64,000 nt of DNA from Octopus sinensis (lineage: Eukaryota), in the NCBI RefSeq assembly GCF_006345805.1, contig NC_043016.1:4464001-4528000 (forward strand), given 5' to 3'. The notes beneath the pieces were generated by a model, which saw only the letters and a list, made by a program, of their open reading frames with translations, did not search any database and was not told the origin of the DNA. Shown piece after piece: positions 61,981-64,000 of this stretch. The translations under genes were made by a program, and so were the position numbers. The stretch's first letter is position 1, and every line of letters begins with the position of its first letter.

Positions 61981-64000
61981 TAGTTAACATTCCATGTGTT
62001 TTCGTTTCATTTTGGCTGTTATTTCTAGCTAATCCAAAGCATGGCCTGAGATTTAGAAAATGATATTATTCTAAAGGTATATAAATATAAATCTTGGAAG
62101 TGTTTGGAAGAAAACGAAAAAGATCGAGAGTGGTTCTCAAACTAAATTCATGTACGGTAGGCCTTCACATATCTAATACATTGATTTAAAAATATCAATT
62201 GAAATTATCCATGCTATAGGTAAAGAAAAACTCCCGCCACCACCATCACCAAAAGAATACATGGATGGGTAATATCTCAGTTTGGATAAGATAATCTAGG
62301 TAAATGAACGACTGAAGCTAAATGGTGAAAGCCACTAATGAAGGCAGCCGGATAAAATTATAGGAGAAAAGTTTACATGAAGCGGCTAAACAAGATTAAC
62401 AATATAAATCTTCAGCGGTGGGGAATGAATTTTACAACAATTTAGAATTAACAGTGATCTCTATATCCTTGCGTTCCCCTATTTTTCATGTAGCTTGATT
62501 AAGGTATTGTCTCCAGGGGATGTGATTTTGTTTAGATTGTGATATTATAAGTGGAGGTGAAGTTCTTCAACCCTTTCTGGATGTAGTTAGTGGTAAAGAG
62601 ATGTAAAAAAAAAAAAATACAGCAAGACATTTTACCCACCCCATTCTACGAAATCAACGACAAGGATAATAATTCGTTTGATATATTTTTGTTGGAAATT
62701 ACTTCTTTTAACGCAGAAAAGTAAATTGTATTAGAACAAGTCGTGAAGGGATTCTTTAAATAAAGGATATCTTTGGATGTGTAAAATATCATCATGGAAA
62801 CACTGTCTAACTAATTAATTAATTTCCTTATTATTTAATTACTGCCTAACTAATTAAGTAATTTCTTTATTATTTTGCTTCCCACTAGAGTCTGTTCAGT
62901 CATACAACCTCACGCACATACACAATATAATGTTTAGCAAAGCAAAATAAAGAAAACCTTTTAAAATCAACGGTTAAATATGAGAAGGTCATTTGAAGAA
63001 GTTGTAGAAGTGATTCGAAGACTTTCATAAAATGAAATAAAAAAAAGAAAATACTAAACAAGAGAAATGAGAGGCACCGGCTTCACAGTTGTCAATATTC
63101 ACGTTAGATAATAATTAGAAATTAACAATGTAACAAGAACATAAACAAAAAGAATATTTATTGATTTCAGCAGAAAGGGAGCAAAACGGAAAGAAATATC
63201 AGTTAAAGGCTAAGATATAAGTTACATGGATTTATGTACGTAATACTATTCAATTCTGCTCTTGGAATTGGTTGACAGACCTGGTGTAGTTTCATCAACA
63301 AAGCCGAGACTTCTGTGTGTGTGTGTGTGTGTGGTGTGTGTGTGTGTGGTGTGTGTGTGTGTGTGTCTGTGTGTGTGTGGTGTGTGTGTGTTGTGTGTGT
63401 GTGTGTGTATGTGAGTGTGTGTGCGCGTGCATGTAGCTGTGTGTTCAAGGTAGGGAGCATTCGTGTATGTGCGATTGTCTGCATATGTATTTGTTACTGT
63501 GTCTGTGTGTTCGTGTGAGTGCAGGCTCTGTTTATGTTGTTAGATGAACTGTGTATTCCCAAACAGACACACATATACAGAGAAAGAGAGAGAGAGGGGG
63601 GGAGAAGAGGGATGAGAGAAAAAGAAAACACGAATCATTTTTAAAATTTCACTAACTTTCTGGCTTGCTCCTAATTTCTAATAATTGCATTGTATTAAAA
63701 TAAATAGGAAATATTTTTCTGAAACTTTCTATTATTTCTAAATTATTTACACACCAAATAGAAAAACACAAAAACACAAATACATAGGCTCGGACACTTA
63801 CACACTCAGACACATACATGCATCGATATATACATACATGTATACTTACCTTCGTACAGACAAAATGCACGTATACACACGGAACCACACATATAGATTA
63901 ACTCTGACCACCAGATACACATAATTACACAAGCACAGTCACTGTGGAAAACACAAACACAGAAAAGTCTTCGCAACACAATAAACAAAAATTCTTAGAA

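Overview
Eukaryotic, AT-rich, non-genic or intronic DNA that is almost entirely transposable-element debris and microsatellites. The SINE families and microsatellite load point to an octopus (cephalopod) genome; this is inferred from recall, not from a database search. No host protein-coding exon, rRNA, genuine tRNA gene or CRISPR array could be supported, and most ORFs in the supplied track are microsatellite translations. Recognisable content: about 11 R4/Dong-type (RT + CCHC + restriction-like endonuclease) LINE copies, usually bordered by (AAT)n-type tracts, one of them near full length (42.1-46.3 kb); four L1/Tx1-type (APE-RT) copies; a CR1-group LINE 3' end; an RTE 3' end; three tRNA-derived SINE families; two non-autonomous Helitrons; a Merlin (ISXO2/IS1595-like) transposase pseudogene; and a 100-N gap. 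The most notable signal is a set of minimal type I hammerhead ribozyme motifs of the Penelope-like-element/retrozyme kind. Four of them form two divergently oriented inverted-repeat pairs (17.7-18.3 kb and 56.5-58.2 kb), and the second pair shows compensatory stem II changes. Also notable are two about 550-bp microsatellite-embedded short elements without obvious pol III boxes, and a covarying 3' stem-loop shared by a LINE and a SINE. All element boundaries were read by eye and are approximate unless a motif is quoted.
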